Positions 11,208-19,681 of a DNA stretch of 64,000 bases are shown here, in pieces. The stretch is from Gemmataceae bacterium. Lineage in GTDB: Bacteria > Planctomycetota > Planctomycetia > Gemmatales > Gemmataceae. Each line of letters opens with the position of its first letter. Position 1 is the stretch's first letter. The notes beneath the pieces were generated by a model. It was not told the DNA's origin, did not search any database, and worked only from the letters and a program-made list of their open reading frames with translations. A program made the translations under genes and the position numbers. Location: the NCBI GenBank assembly GCA_046350135.1, contig JAXMBB010000004.1:91756-155755 (forward strand). The letters are read 5' to 3'.

Positions 11208-12521
11208 ATGCGCCTCTCCACGCCGCTTGCGTTGCTGGTCTGCGCCGCATCGTGTTCCATCGCGAATGCGCAAGGCACCGTGCTCTCCGGGGCCGGGCCG
11301 GTGAACCGTTCGATGGGCAGTGCCGCCACGGCGGCTCCGATCGACGCCACCGGCGCGTTGTACTGGAACCCGGCGAGCATCACCGGGTTGAAGTCGTCGC
11401 AACTCGAGTTGGGTTTGGAACTGCTGTACCCGCGCGGAACCATCGGTTCGAGCATCCCCGCGAACGCGGCGGCACCAGGCGCGCCCCCGGTCGGCCTGTT
11501 CGACAAGACGCGCGACGAATCCGGCGTATACCCGCTTCCGACCGGCGGATTCGTGTACAAGCCCGTCGATTCTCCGTGGTCCTTCGGCCTCGGGCTGTTC
11601 CCCGCGGCGGGCTTCGGGACGAACTACGCCTCGGGCAACGGGTCGAATCCGATTCTCTCGGCTCCGCCGCCGGCCGGTGTCGGCCTCGGGCCGGTCTCGT
11701 CCAACTATCAGGTGCTGCAGATCGCACCGACGGCCGCGTACAAGGTCACCGACCGGCTCTCGATCGGCTTCGCACCGCTCGTGAACATGGCGCGGCTGAG
11801 CATCACGCCCGGCGTCTTTGCTGCGCCGAATGACGCGAACGGGGACGGATTCTTCCACTACTCCACGGCCACCAGCACGCGATTCGCGTGGGGAGCGGGC
11901 TTCCAGATCGGCGCCTATTACGTCGCTTCGGACGATTGGAGTTTCGGTGCGTCGTTCAAGAGCCCGCAGTGGTTCGAGCCGTTCCGCTACCAACTCTCCG
12001 ACGAACTGGGCCGCGGGCGAAACGCGGAACTGCAGTTCGATCTGCCGTTGATCGTCTCGGTCGGCACGGCGTACACGGGCATCGAGAAGCTCACCTTGGC
12101 CTGCGATGTGCGATACTTGAACTTCCGGAACACCGCCGGTTTCCGCAACGCGGGCTTCGACGCGACCGGCGCCACCACCGGCCTCGGCTGGAGCGACGTG
12201 TTCTCCGTCTCGCTCGGTTCGCAGTATCAACTCACGGAAAAGCTCTCCGTGCGGCTCGGCTACACCTACAACACCCAACCGATTCCGGGCGACAACACGA
12301 CCTTCAACGTCGCCTCGCCGCTGACCTACCAGCACCAAGCCGCGTGCGGGGCGTCCTATCAACTGACCGACGCCTGCACTCTCTCGGCGGCGTATTACCA
12401 CGTCTTCTACACGGCGGTGAGCGGCCCGTACCTGACTCCGAGCGGCGCGATCCCGGGGGCCGCCGTGAGTACCGGGGCGGATGTGGATTCCGTCCTCGTC
12501 GGCATCCGCGTCGCGTTCTGA
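11208..12521 (+). CDS. FadL/TodX/OmpP1-family outer-membrane hydrophobic-compound transporter
   Basis: Signal peptide; GPVNRSMG and ALYWNPAS motifs; amphipathic beta strands; terminal Phe. Confidence 0.88.
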   Translation: MRLSTPLALLVCAASCSIANAQGTVLSGAGPVNRSMGSAATAAPIDATGALYWNPASITGLKSSQLELGLELLYPRGTIGSSIPANAAAPGAPPVGLFDKTRDESGVYPLPTGGFVYKPVDSPWSFGLGLFPAAGFGTNYASGNGSNPILSAPPPAGVGLGPVSSNYQVLQIAPTAAYKVTDRLSIGFAPLVNMARLSITPGVFAAPNDANGDGFFHYSTATSTRFAWGAGFQIGAYYVASDDWSFGASFKSPQWFEPFRYQLSDELGRGRNAELQFDLPLIVSVGTAYTGIEKLTLACDVRYLNFRNTAGFRNAGFDATGATTGLGWSDVFSVSLGSQYQLTEKLSVRLGYTYNTQPIPGDNTTFNVASPLTYQHQAACGASYQLTDACTLSAAYYHVFYTAVSGPYLTPSGAIPGAAVSTGADVDSVLVGIRVAF

Positions 12522-12541
12522 TCGCGTATACTCGCATTGCA

Positions 12542-14752
12542 ATGCCCACCGATCCCCCGGCCGTTCCCCGTGCCGCGTCGCCCAAGTCGCCGGGCGACGA
12601 AACCATCAATTACGCCGAAGGGGCCGCCGAGCAGCAACGCGAGACGGACACCGGCGGACTCGTCGAGCCACTTGCCCCGCCCCCTCCCGCACCGCCGAAG
12701 CCCGAAGCGAACCATCCGGCCAGAGTCGGCCGCTACGAGATCGTCGGCCAACTCGGGCAGGGCGGCATCGGCATGGTGTTCATCGCCAACGACACGCTGT
12801 TGTCGCGGCGCGTCGCGGTGAAGGTGCCGCGCCGCGCCCGCGGCACCAAGGATGCGGAAGAACTGCTCAGTGAAGCCCGCCGCCTCGCCCAACTCAAACA
12901 CCCCGGAATCGTCACCGTCTACGATGTCGGGCTCGAAGGCGATCTTTGCTATCTCGTGACGGACCTGCTCGAAGGCGACACGCTCCGCGGCGCAATGCAA
13001 AGCCGCAAGTACACGCCGGAGGAAGCCGCACTCACCGTCGCCGCCATCGCGGACGCGCTCGGGCACGCCCACGCCCAAGGCGTCGTTCATCGCGACATCA
13101 AGCCCGCGAACATCTTCATCACGAAGGACGGCCAGCCGGTGCTGCTCGATTTCGGCCTCGGCGTGACGGATGAAGCCTACGGCAAAGTGGGACAAGTCGC
13201 GGGCACCGTTTCGTACATGTCGCCGGAACAGGTGCGTGGCCGCGCTCACCGTGTGGATGGCCGCACGGACATCTACAGCCTCGGCGTCGTGCTTTATCAG
13301 CTGCTGGCGGGGCGGTTGCCGTTCCGCTCGCAGGACGTCTCCGAGATGATGCGCCGAATCGAAGAAGACGATCCGCAGCCGCTGCGCCAACTTGTGCCGA
13401 CGCTTTCACCCGCGTTGGAACGGGTCTGCTCCACGGCGATGGCCAAGCAGCCGGCCCAACGGTTCACCACGGCCGGGGACATGGCTGCGGCGTTGCGTGC
13501 CGCCGTGGGTCAGGGGCCGCCGCTTCCCGTTCCCGGCACGCCGGTCGCGACTTCGCAGCCGGAGTCCACGCAATCGTGGGGCACCGATTCGCGACGGGAA
13601 GCGGAACGCCGGCAAGTCACGGTCGTGGCGTTCGCGTTCGACGTGGTCTGGCCCGAGGCGGAAGCGGACCCCGATCCCGAACGGCATGTGGAACTCACGG
13701 AGCAGTTCCGCCGCTGGCTCAAGGTGCGCGTCGACGAGTTCGAGGGCGTTTTGACGCCGTCCAGCGGGCCGGAGTTCATTGTGTGCTTCGGCTTCCCCGT
13801 GGCGCACGAAGACGCCGCCGCTCGAGCCGTTCGCACCGGCCGCGCCGTGCTGCGCGATCTCGAAGCGTGGAATGCGAAAGCCGGTTCCGGCCCGACGCTC
13901 GCCGCGTCCGCGCTCGTGCACAGCGGCGATGTCGTGGCGGAGGAGAAAACCGAAGAGGGCGAACGCTCCGTCTCGCTGGTCGGCGACGTGCTGCCCGTCG
14001 CGTCGCGGCTCACCGCGCAGATCGAGCCCGGTGTCGTCACCATCACCTCGCACTCGCGGCGGCTCGTTCACGGCTACTTCGAGACTTCGTCTCTCGGTTC
14101 GCGCAAAGTCCGCGGCGTCACCGGGGCCGTCGAGTTGTTCCAAGTCGAACGCGAGACCGAAGCGCGAAACCGCGTGGAAACCGCGGAGGCCGGCACGCTC
14201 ACGCCGCTCGTCGGCCGCGATACCGAACTCGCCATCCTGAAGGACCGATGGGAACGCACGCAAGAAGGCATGGGGCAGGTCGTGCTTCTCGTGGGCGACG
14301 CGGGCCTCGGCAAATCACGGTTGCTTCGCGAGCTGCGGAACCACACCGCGGGCGAAGACACGGTGCACTCGCCGGTCGTGATCGAGATGCGGTGCACGGC
14401 GCGGCTTCGCAACACGGGTTTTCATCCGGTCGCGGAGTACCTGCAACGCGCACTCGATTTTCCGCAACTCTCCGACCCCGGCGCGCGGTTCGACCGCATC
14501 GAGCAGCACTTCGCCTCGCGGGCTCGGCTCGCCGGAACAACTCGCACTCGCCGCCGCACTGCTCGACGTACCGACGGGCGACCGCGTTCCGCCGCTCGGC
14601 TTGGGACCGCAGAAGCAGAAGGAACGCACCATCGAACTGCTCACGGCGTTGATCGCGGCCTCGGCCGCCGCCTTGCCCGTGCTGTTCATCGTCGAAGACC
14701 TGCACTGGGCGGACGCGTCCACGCTCGAGTTTCTCGCCCGGCACATCGATGA
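12542..14752 (+). CDS. Ser/Thr kinase + adenylate-cyclase-like domain + start of STAND ATPase (N-terminal part of a frameshifted fusion)
   Basis: GQGGIGMV, VAVK, HRDIKPAN, DFG, YMSPE; ERRQVTV and FGFPVAHED cyclase-like motifs; LVGR...GDAGLGKS Walker A; frame breaks at about 14518. Confidence 0.85.
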   Translation: MPTDPPAVPRAASPKSPGDETINYAEGAAEQQRETDTGGLVEPLAPPPPAPPKPEANHPARVGRYEIVGQLGQGGIGMVFIANDTLLSRRVAVKVPRRARGTKDAEELLSEARRLAQLKHPGIVTVYDVGLEGDLCYLVTDLLEGDTLRGAMQSRKYTPEEAALTVAAIADALGHAHAQGVVHRDIKPANIFITKDGQPVLLDFGLGVTDEAYGKVGQVAGTVSYMSPEQVRGRAHRVDGRTDIYSLGVVLYQLLAGRLPFRSQDVSEMMRRIEEDDPQPLRQLVPTLSPALERVCSTAMAKQPAQRFTTAGDMAAALRAAVGQGPPLPVPGTPVATSQPESTQSWGTDSRREAERRQVTVVAFAFDVVWPEAEADPDPERHVELTEQFRRWLKVRVDEFEGVLTPSSGPEFIVCFGFPVAHEDAAARAVRTGRAVLRDLEAWNAKAGSGPTLAASALVHSGDVVAEEKTEEGERSVSLVGDVLPVASRLTAQIEPGVVTITSHSRRLVHGYFETSSLGSRKVRGVTGAVELFQVERETEARNRVETAEAGTLTPLVGRDTELAILKDRWERTQEGMGQVVLLVGDAGLGKSRLLRELRNHTAGEDTVHSPVVIEMRCTARLRNTGFHPVAEYLQRALDFPQLSDPGARFDRIEQHFASRARLAGTTRTRRRTARRTDGRPRSAARLGTAEAEGTHHRTAHGVDRGLGRRLARAVHRRRPALGGRVHARVSRPAHR

Positions 14753-16709
14753 AGCCGAGGGCAAGCCGATCCTTACGGTGTTCACGTTCCGGCCGGAGTT
14801 CACCGCGCCGTGGCAGGGCCGTCCGCAGTTGATCCAGATCGCACTGGGGAAACTCACGAGGCGGCAGATCGGCGAGATGATCCGCCGCCGGACGAACCGC
14901 GCGAAGCTGTCCGATTCGCTCGTGAATCGCATCGCGGAACGCACGGACGGCGTGCCGCTGTTCGTCGAGGAGTTCACCAGGCTCGCGGAAGAATCGGGCC
15001 TGCTCGACGGCGGGGCCACAAGCGACACGTCGCTCATGGCGGTGATTCCGCCGTCGCTGCAGGATCTGCTCGTGGCCCGGCTGGATCGCATGGCCAGCAA
15101 TCCGGAGGTGGTGCAGACCGCCGCCGCGATCGGCCGCGAGTTCTCCCTTTCGCTCTTGTCCGAGGTGTGTTCACTCACCCCTGCGGAACTTCAGGCGGAA
15201 CTCGACAAACTGGTTCGCGCCGAGATGCTCTTCCAGAAAGGTCGCGGATTGGACGCACAGTATGCGTTCAAACACGCCCTGATCCAAGACGCGGCATACG
15301 GCTCGCTTCTGAAGAAGAAGCGGCAGCAGTTCCACCAGAAGATCGGGCAGGCGCTCGAAGCGAAGTTCCCGGATGTGGCGGAGCAGAACCCCGAGATCCT
15401 CGCGAACCACTTCACCGAGGCGGGACAAACCGAGCCCGCGATCCGCTATCGCCTCGCCGCGGGCCGCCGCAGCGTCGAGCGCTCCGCGAATGTGGAGGGG
15501 GTTGAACAACTGACGCGCGGGCTCAAGTTGATTGAGGATTTGCCCCTGACGGCGAGGCGGGACGAACTCGAACTCGAGATCCTCACCGTGCTGTCCGCGC
15601 CGCTCATGGCGATCAAGGGATACACGATTCCGGAGGTGGAGCGGATGTTTGTGCGGGCGCGGGAACTGAGCCGCCTCACGGCCGCGTCCGCGCCGCTCTT
15701 TCATGCGCTGCACGGCCTGTACCGCTATTCGATCGTCCGCGGCAAGCTCGCAGCTGCGATGGAACTGGCATCTGAATCGTTCGCGCTCGCAGAGAAGCTC
15801 AACGATGTTTCACTGATCGTGGAGGCTCACCGCGCCAAGTCCTTCGTGAATTGCTTCGCCGGCCGCTTCGCCGAATCACGTCATCACGCCGAACAAACGC
15901 TCATGCTCTACGACCGCGAGCGGGAACGCTCCCATGCATTCATCTACGGCATCGACCCGGTCACCGTGGTGATGACGTACACGGCGTGGTGCGACTGGTT
16001 TTCAGGCAAGCCCCGGGAGGCCGTGCGACGCTGCAACGAAGTGATGGAGCAGACGAAAGAACTGGGGCACGCCCACAGCCGCGCGTTCGCGCTCGGATTC
16101 GCCGTAGGAACCGTGCATGCCTTCCGCCGCGATTGGAAGGAAGCGGAACGCTGGGCGGACGAGACAATCCGGCTGGCGACGGAACACAGCTTCGCGTTCT
16201 GGCCCGGCTGGGGGCACATCCTGAAAGGGGCTGCGATCGGCAATCGTGGACAGGAGCACGAAGGAATCGCAATCATCCGCGAGTGGCTTGGTCGCTTCGG
16301 AGGAGTGGGCGTGGCCATGGGCCGGCCTTTCGGATTACTGCTGCTGGGCGAGTTGCTGTTGAAAGTCGGCGAAACTGTCGGAGCGGCGAAGGCGATGGCA
16401 GAGGCTCGGGAGATGGAGAGCGAGCAAGCGGGGTGCTTCAACGCCGAAGTGCATCGGGTGAGTGGCCGCGTGCTGGCCGTGGACCCAACCAAAGCGGACG
16501 AAGCGGAGGCGGCGTACCGGCGGGCGATGGAGGTGGCCAAGGAACAGAAAGCGCCGGTCCTGGAGTTCCGGGCCGCAGTCGATCTCGCGGTGTTGCGGAA
16601 CGAACCCGGCCCGGCGCGGACGATGTTGGACTCGCTGGCGGAGATCGCCGACGAACCGGACGTGGCCGAGTTCGCCGCGATCCTGCGCGGACTTACGGCA
16701 ATTCCTTGA
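14601..16709 (+). CDS. STAND ATPase C-terminal part + TPR-like helical region (continuation of the kinase-cyclase fusion)
   Basis: VEDLHWAD Walker B, RTDGVPLFVEE, AAAIGREF, YAFKHALIQDAAY. The frame extends upstream to about 14520 (GLGSPEQLALAAALLDVP). Confidence 0.85.
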   Translation: MGPQKQKERTIELLTALIAASAAALPVLFIVEDLHWADASTLEFLARHIDEAEGKPILTVFTFRPEFTAPWQGRPQLIQIALGKLTRRQIGEMIRRRTNRAKLSDSLVNRIAERTDGVPLFVEEFTRLAEESGLLDGGATSDTSLMAVIPPSLQDLLVARLDRMASNPEVVQTAAAIGREFSLSLLSEVCSLTPAELQAELDKLVRAEMLFQKGRGLDAQYAFKHALIQDAAYGSLLKKKRQQFHQKIGQALEAKFPDVAEQNPEILANHFTEAGQTEPAIRYRLAAGRRSVERSANVEGVEQLTRGLKLIEDLPLTARRDELELEILTVLSAPLMAIKGYTIPEVERMFVRARELSRLTAASAPLFHALHGLYRYSIVRGKLAAAMELASESFALAEKLNDVSLIVEAHRAKSFVNCFAGRFAESRHHAEQTLMLYDRERERSHAFIYGIDPVTVVMTYTAWCDWFSGKPREAVRRCNEVMEQTKELGHAHSRAFALGFAVGTVHAFRRDWKEAERWADETIRLATEHSFAFWPGWGHILKGAAIGNRGQEHEGIAIIREWLGRFGGVGVAMGRPFGLLLLGELLLKVGETVGAAKAMAEAREMESEQAGCFNAEVHRVSGRVLAVDPTKADEAEAAYRRAMEVAKEQKAPVLEFRAAVDLAVLRNEPGPARTMLDSLAEIADEPDVAEFAAILRGLTAIP

Positions 16710-17400
16710 TGTAGATGTTCTTGAACCACAGTTTGTCGCCGTGGAACTGCAGTTCGATCGGCCCCTTCTCCGGCAGCGGCTTGCCCTTGTCCCAGTAATT
16801 CGCGAGCTTTGCCTTGTCGACGACCAGTTCGCCGTTCAATTTCACCGTCACTTCCTCGCCGATCATCGTGATGTGGAACGTGTTCCACTCGCCGACCGGC
16901 TTGTCCGCCTTCTTCAGCGGTTCCTTGCCTTTCGAACCAGCGGGGTTGTTCCACAATCCGCCGGAACCCGAATTGCGATCCTGCTTGGCACCCGCGCCGG
17001 CGGCGTTCTCCGAGTCCCAGATCTGCACTTGCGGCTGCCCGCGCAGATAGATGCCGCTGTCCCCGTTCTTCTCGATCTTCCAATCGAGCATCAGTTCGAA
17101 GTTGCCGTAGTCCTTGTCCGTCACGAGGCTGACGCCGCCCTTGGAGTCCATGTGAATCACGCCGTCCTGCACGGACCAGTGCTCGAACGCGGTCTTGGTG
17201 CGCTGGGCTTGGAGTTCGGCCAGCTTCTCGGGGCTGAGCTTGGCCCGTTCGGCCATCGTGGTGTGGCCCTTCCAGCCGGTGAGATCCTTGCCGTTGAAGA
17301 GCGAGGTGAAGCCCTTCGGCGGCTTCGGGCCGTCGGCGTCCGCGGCGGGAATCGCCGCCGAGAACAGCAATGCGGCGGACAGGGTGCAGGCGAGTCGCAT
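16693..17400 (-). CDS. DUF1080 (3-keto-disaccharide hydrolase-like) secreted protein
   Basis: Signal peptide from ATG 17400; GFTSLFNGKDLTGW, GDSGIYLR, GEWN, GPIELQFHG, FKNIYIKEL. Confidence 0.9.
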   Translation of the reverse strand: MRLACTLSAALLFSAAIPAADADGPKPPKGFTSLFNGKDLTGWKGHTTMAERAKLSPEKLAELQAQRTKTAFEHWSVQDGVIHMDSKGGVSLVTDKDYGNFELMLDWKIEKNGDSGIYLRGQPQVQIWDSENAAGAGAKQDRNSGSGGLWNNPAGSKGKEPLKKADKPVGEWNTFHITMIGEEVTVKLNGELVVDKAKLANYWDKGKPLPEKGPIELQFHGDKLWFKNIYIKELP

Positions 17401-17432
17401 GGTGGGAACTCCGTGGGGGAGGGCAGGGCGGC

Positions 17433-18356
17433 TCAGAGTATCGAGCGTTCCATCCAATTTAATGTATCTGCGATCCACGGATGGGACGCGGCTTCAAACT
17501 CGAGCGTGTGGTGCGAGCCGGGATATTCGATCACCGCGGGCGGTCGCGGGAACGCCTGGCAGAAAGTGCGTGTGCCAGCGTTGCTGATCACGCGGTCGCG
17601 TTCGCCGAGCAGGAGCAGGCTCGGCACGTTCACGTGCTTGGCGGCGCGACGCAGATAGATGTCCAGCGAGAAACTGCTGAACAGGAAGCGGGCGGTGGCG
17701 AGCCGCAGGCCGTGCGGCTCGTTCTCAATGAACCGTTGCCATTCTTCGGAAGCCGTGAACAGGTCCGGTTCGTTCAGCGGGATCGGGAAGAACTTCCACG
17801 GGCGGAACACCCGCGCGACGGCGATCCGCATCCGCTGCAGAAACGGCGGCGCCACGATCGGCACCAAGCCCGGGCACATCAGCACGACTCCATCCACGAT
17901 CCCCGGCTTGCGGTATGGCAGGCCGACCGCGAGCTTCCCGCCCCACGAGATGCCGCCGAGGATGATCGGCAGATACGACTTCTCGCGACGCAGGTCTTGA
18001 ACGAACTCGGCGATGTCGTCCAGCAGCCGGCGAAACTCCGGTGAGTCGCCACGATGCGCGGTGTTGAGCCCGGCCCCGCGGCGATCCAGGAAGTGAACGT
18101 CGAATCCCGCTTGGGCGAAGGACCGGCAAGAGCGCGCGTACCACCCGCCGTGCGAGCGGATGCCATGGACGAAGACGATTCGCCCACGGGGAACTCCGTT
18201 CGCCGGATAGAACCGGTGGTAGAAGCCGTAGCCGTCCGAGGCGCGGAAAAGACCTAACCCCCCGGCCCCCTTCCCTGCAAGGGAAGGGGGAGGAGCATTC
18301 AGCCCCCCCTCCCCGCTTCGGGGAGGGGGCTGGGGGGAGGGGTCGCCTCTAGCCAA
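17433..18356 (-). CDS. Alpha/beta hydrolase (lysophospholipase-like)
   Basis: HGIRSHGGWY, DRRGAG, GISWGG nucleophile elbow, GERD, HTLEFE; TTG start overlaps the upstream stop. Confidence 0.85.
   Translation of the reverse strand: MARGDPSPQPPPRSGEGGLNAPPPSLAGKGAGGLGLFRASDGYGFYHRFYPANGVPRGRIVFVHGIRSHGGWYARSCRSFAQAGFDVHFLDRRGAGLNTAHRGDSPEFRRLLDDIAEFVQDLRREKSYLPIILGGISWGGKLAVGLPYRKPGIVDGVVLMCPGLVPIVAPPFLQRMRIAVARVFRPWKFFPIPLNEPDLFTASEEWQRFIENEPHGLRLATARFLFSSFSLDIYLRRAAKHVNVPSLLLLGERDRVISNAGTRTFCQAFPRPPAVIEYPGSHHTLEFEAASHPWIADTLNWMERSIL
18253..18344. repeat. Two inverted copies of a short palindromic (REP/CIR-like) element inside the hydrolase 5' end
   Basis: CCTAACCCCCCGGCCCCCTTCCCTGCAAGGGAAGGGGG and CCCCCTCCCCGCTTCGGGGAGGGGGCTGGGGGGAGGGG; each contains a hairpin and they lie in opposite orientation. 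Confidence 0.8.
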
Positions 18357-19518
18357 TTAGAACCTCCGTACGTTGCGTCACCCCATCGACGCGAGCCGGG
18401 TCGATGGTCGTGCCGAGCCCTGCGCCCACGAGCATCGGTGCGGTTCCGTTCCGTTTGAAAGTGAGGTCGTCCTTCGAGAGCGTTTCCCACACCAGATGCC
18501 GGTCGTAGCTGCCTTCGAGGAAGCGGATGTCCTTCACGCTCGTGGCGAAGTGACGTCCCGCGGCGGAGAGAATGGCTGTCTCGCCGACTTGGCAGCCGAG
18601 TTGGTAGCCGAGGTTGTGCCGCTTGGCGAGTTGGGCGAGCCGCAGGCTCGGGATGAACCCGCCGCATTTCGATAGCCGCAGGTTGAACAGGTCGCACCAG
18701 CCGCCACGCACCGCGCGTTCGGCGTCCACTTCGCCGCACAGCGATTCATCGAGCATGATCGGCGTCTTCACTTGCTTGCGTAGTTCGGCCAGGCTCGCGG
18801 CGTCCTCGTGCTTCAGAGGCTGCTCCACGCTTGTGATGCTGAACGGTTCCAAGCTGCGAATCTTCTCCGCGGCTTCGGCCGGGCTCCACGCTTCGTTCGC
18901 ATCGATCCGCAGATCCATGCTTGTGCCGAGCCATTTCCGCGTGCGGCGCGTGCGCTTCACGTCGTCCGTATCCGGGATGCCGACTTTCAGCTTCACTTGT
19001 TTGAACCCGGCGAGACGGTACACGAGCGGATACACGCGGCTCTTCCAGCCCTTCGGGTTGCCGATGATGCCGCTGTACCGGATGTGTTCCTTCGGCTCGT
19101 AGAGTTCCGGCGCGAGAACCCGCGTGACATTCATCAGCGGTTCGCCGAAAGCTCGGCCGTAGGCATCGAGCACGGCCAGTTCCAAGGCGCACCGCGCGGC
19201 ATTGCCTTGGATCATGCGGTCGTCGCCGGGAACGGGAAGGAGCCTGAGCCGCTCCGCGACATGCACCGCGGCGAGGAAGTCCTCGCACGGCGCGAGTTGC
19301 TTCGCCAAGTCGCTGCGTTTCAGCAGGTCGATGCACGAGTCGATGGTCTCGCCCGTGACGTAGTCGCGCGGCACGCCCTCGCCGTAGCCCGTGCTGCCAT
19401 CCGAAAGCACGCACTTCACGACGACGTTGTCCGTGTCCGTGCGGGTATGGCTGGCGTGCGTCACCTTCCGCTTCAGCGGGATCCGCACGTGCCGCGCTTC
19501 GAGTCGTACCACTTGCAT
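18349..19518 (-). CDS. Enolase-superfamily protein (muconate cycloisomerase / dipeptide epimerase-like)
   Basis: GYGEGVPR, KLKVG, RIDANEAW, VEQP, MLDES, SKCGG, GCQVGE. Confidence 0.87.
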   Translation of the reverse strand: MQVVRLEARHVRIPLKRKVTHASHTRTDTDNVVVKCVLSDGSTGYGEGVPRDYVTGETIDSCIDLLKRSDLAKQLAPCEDFLAAVHVAERLRLLPVPGDDRMIQGNAARCALELAVLDAYGRAFGEPLMNVTRVLAPELYEPKEHIRYSGIIGNPKGWKSRVYPLVYRLAGFKQVKLKVGIPDTDDVKRTRRTRKWLGTSMDLRIDANEAWSPAEAAEKIRSLEPFSITSVEQPLKHEDAASLAELRKQVKTPIMLDESLCGEVDAERAVRGGWCDLFNLRLSKCGGFIPSLRLAQLAKRHNLGYQLGCQVGETAILSAAGRHFATSVKDIRFLEGSYDRHLVWETLSKDDLTFKRNGTAPMLVGAGLGTTIDPARVDGVTQRTEVLIG

Positions 19519-19532
19519 TGGATCAATCTAAG

Positions 19533-19620
19533 GTCTCACGCGAAGCCGCAAAGTCGCAAAGCCAGAACTGGAGCGCCAGACTTTGCTCTTTCCGGCCATC
19601 TTTGCGGCTTCGCGTGAGAC
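19533..19620. repeat. 21-bp perfect inverted repeat element between divergent genes
   Basis: GTCTCACGCGAAGCCGCAAAG (19533-19553) and CTTTGCGGCTTCGCGTGAGAC (19600-19620). Confidence 0.85.
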
Positions 19621-19681
19621 TGCTCGCTTTGACCAAACTCTCACCCTTGCCGCAACCGATACATCTTGCGGGGGTGCGCGC

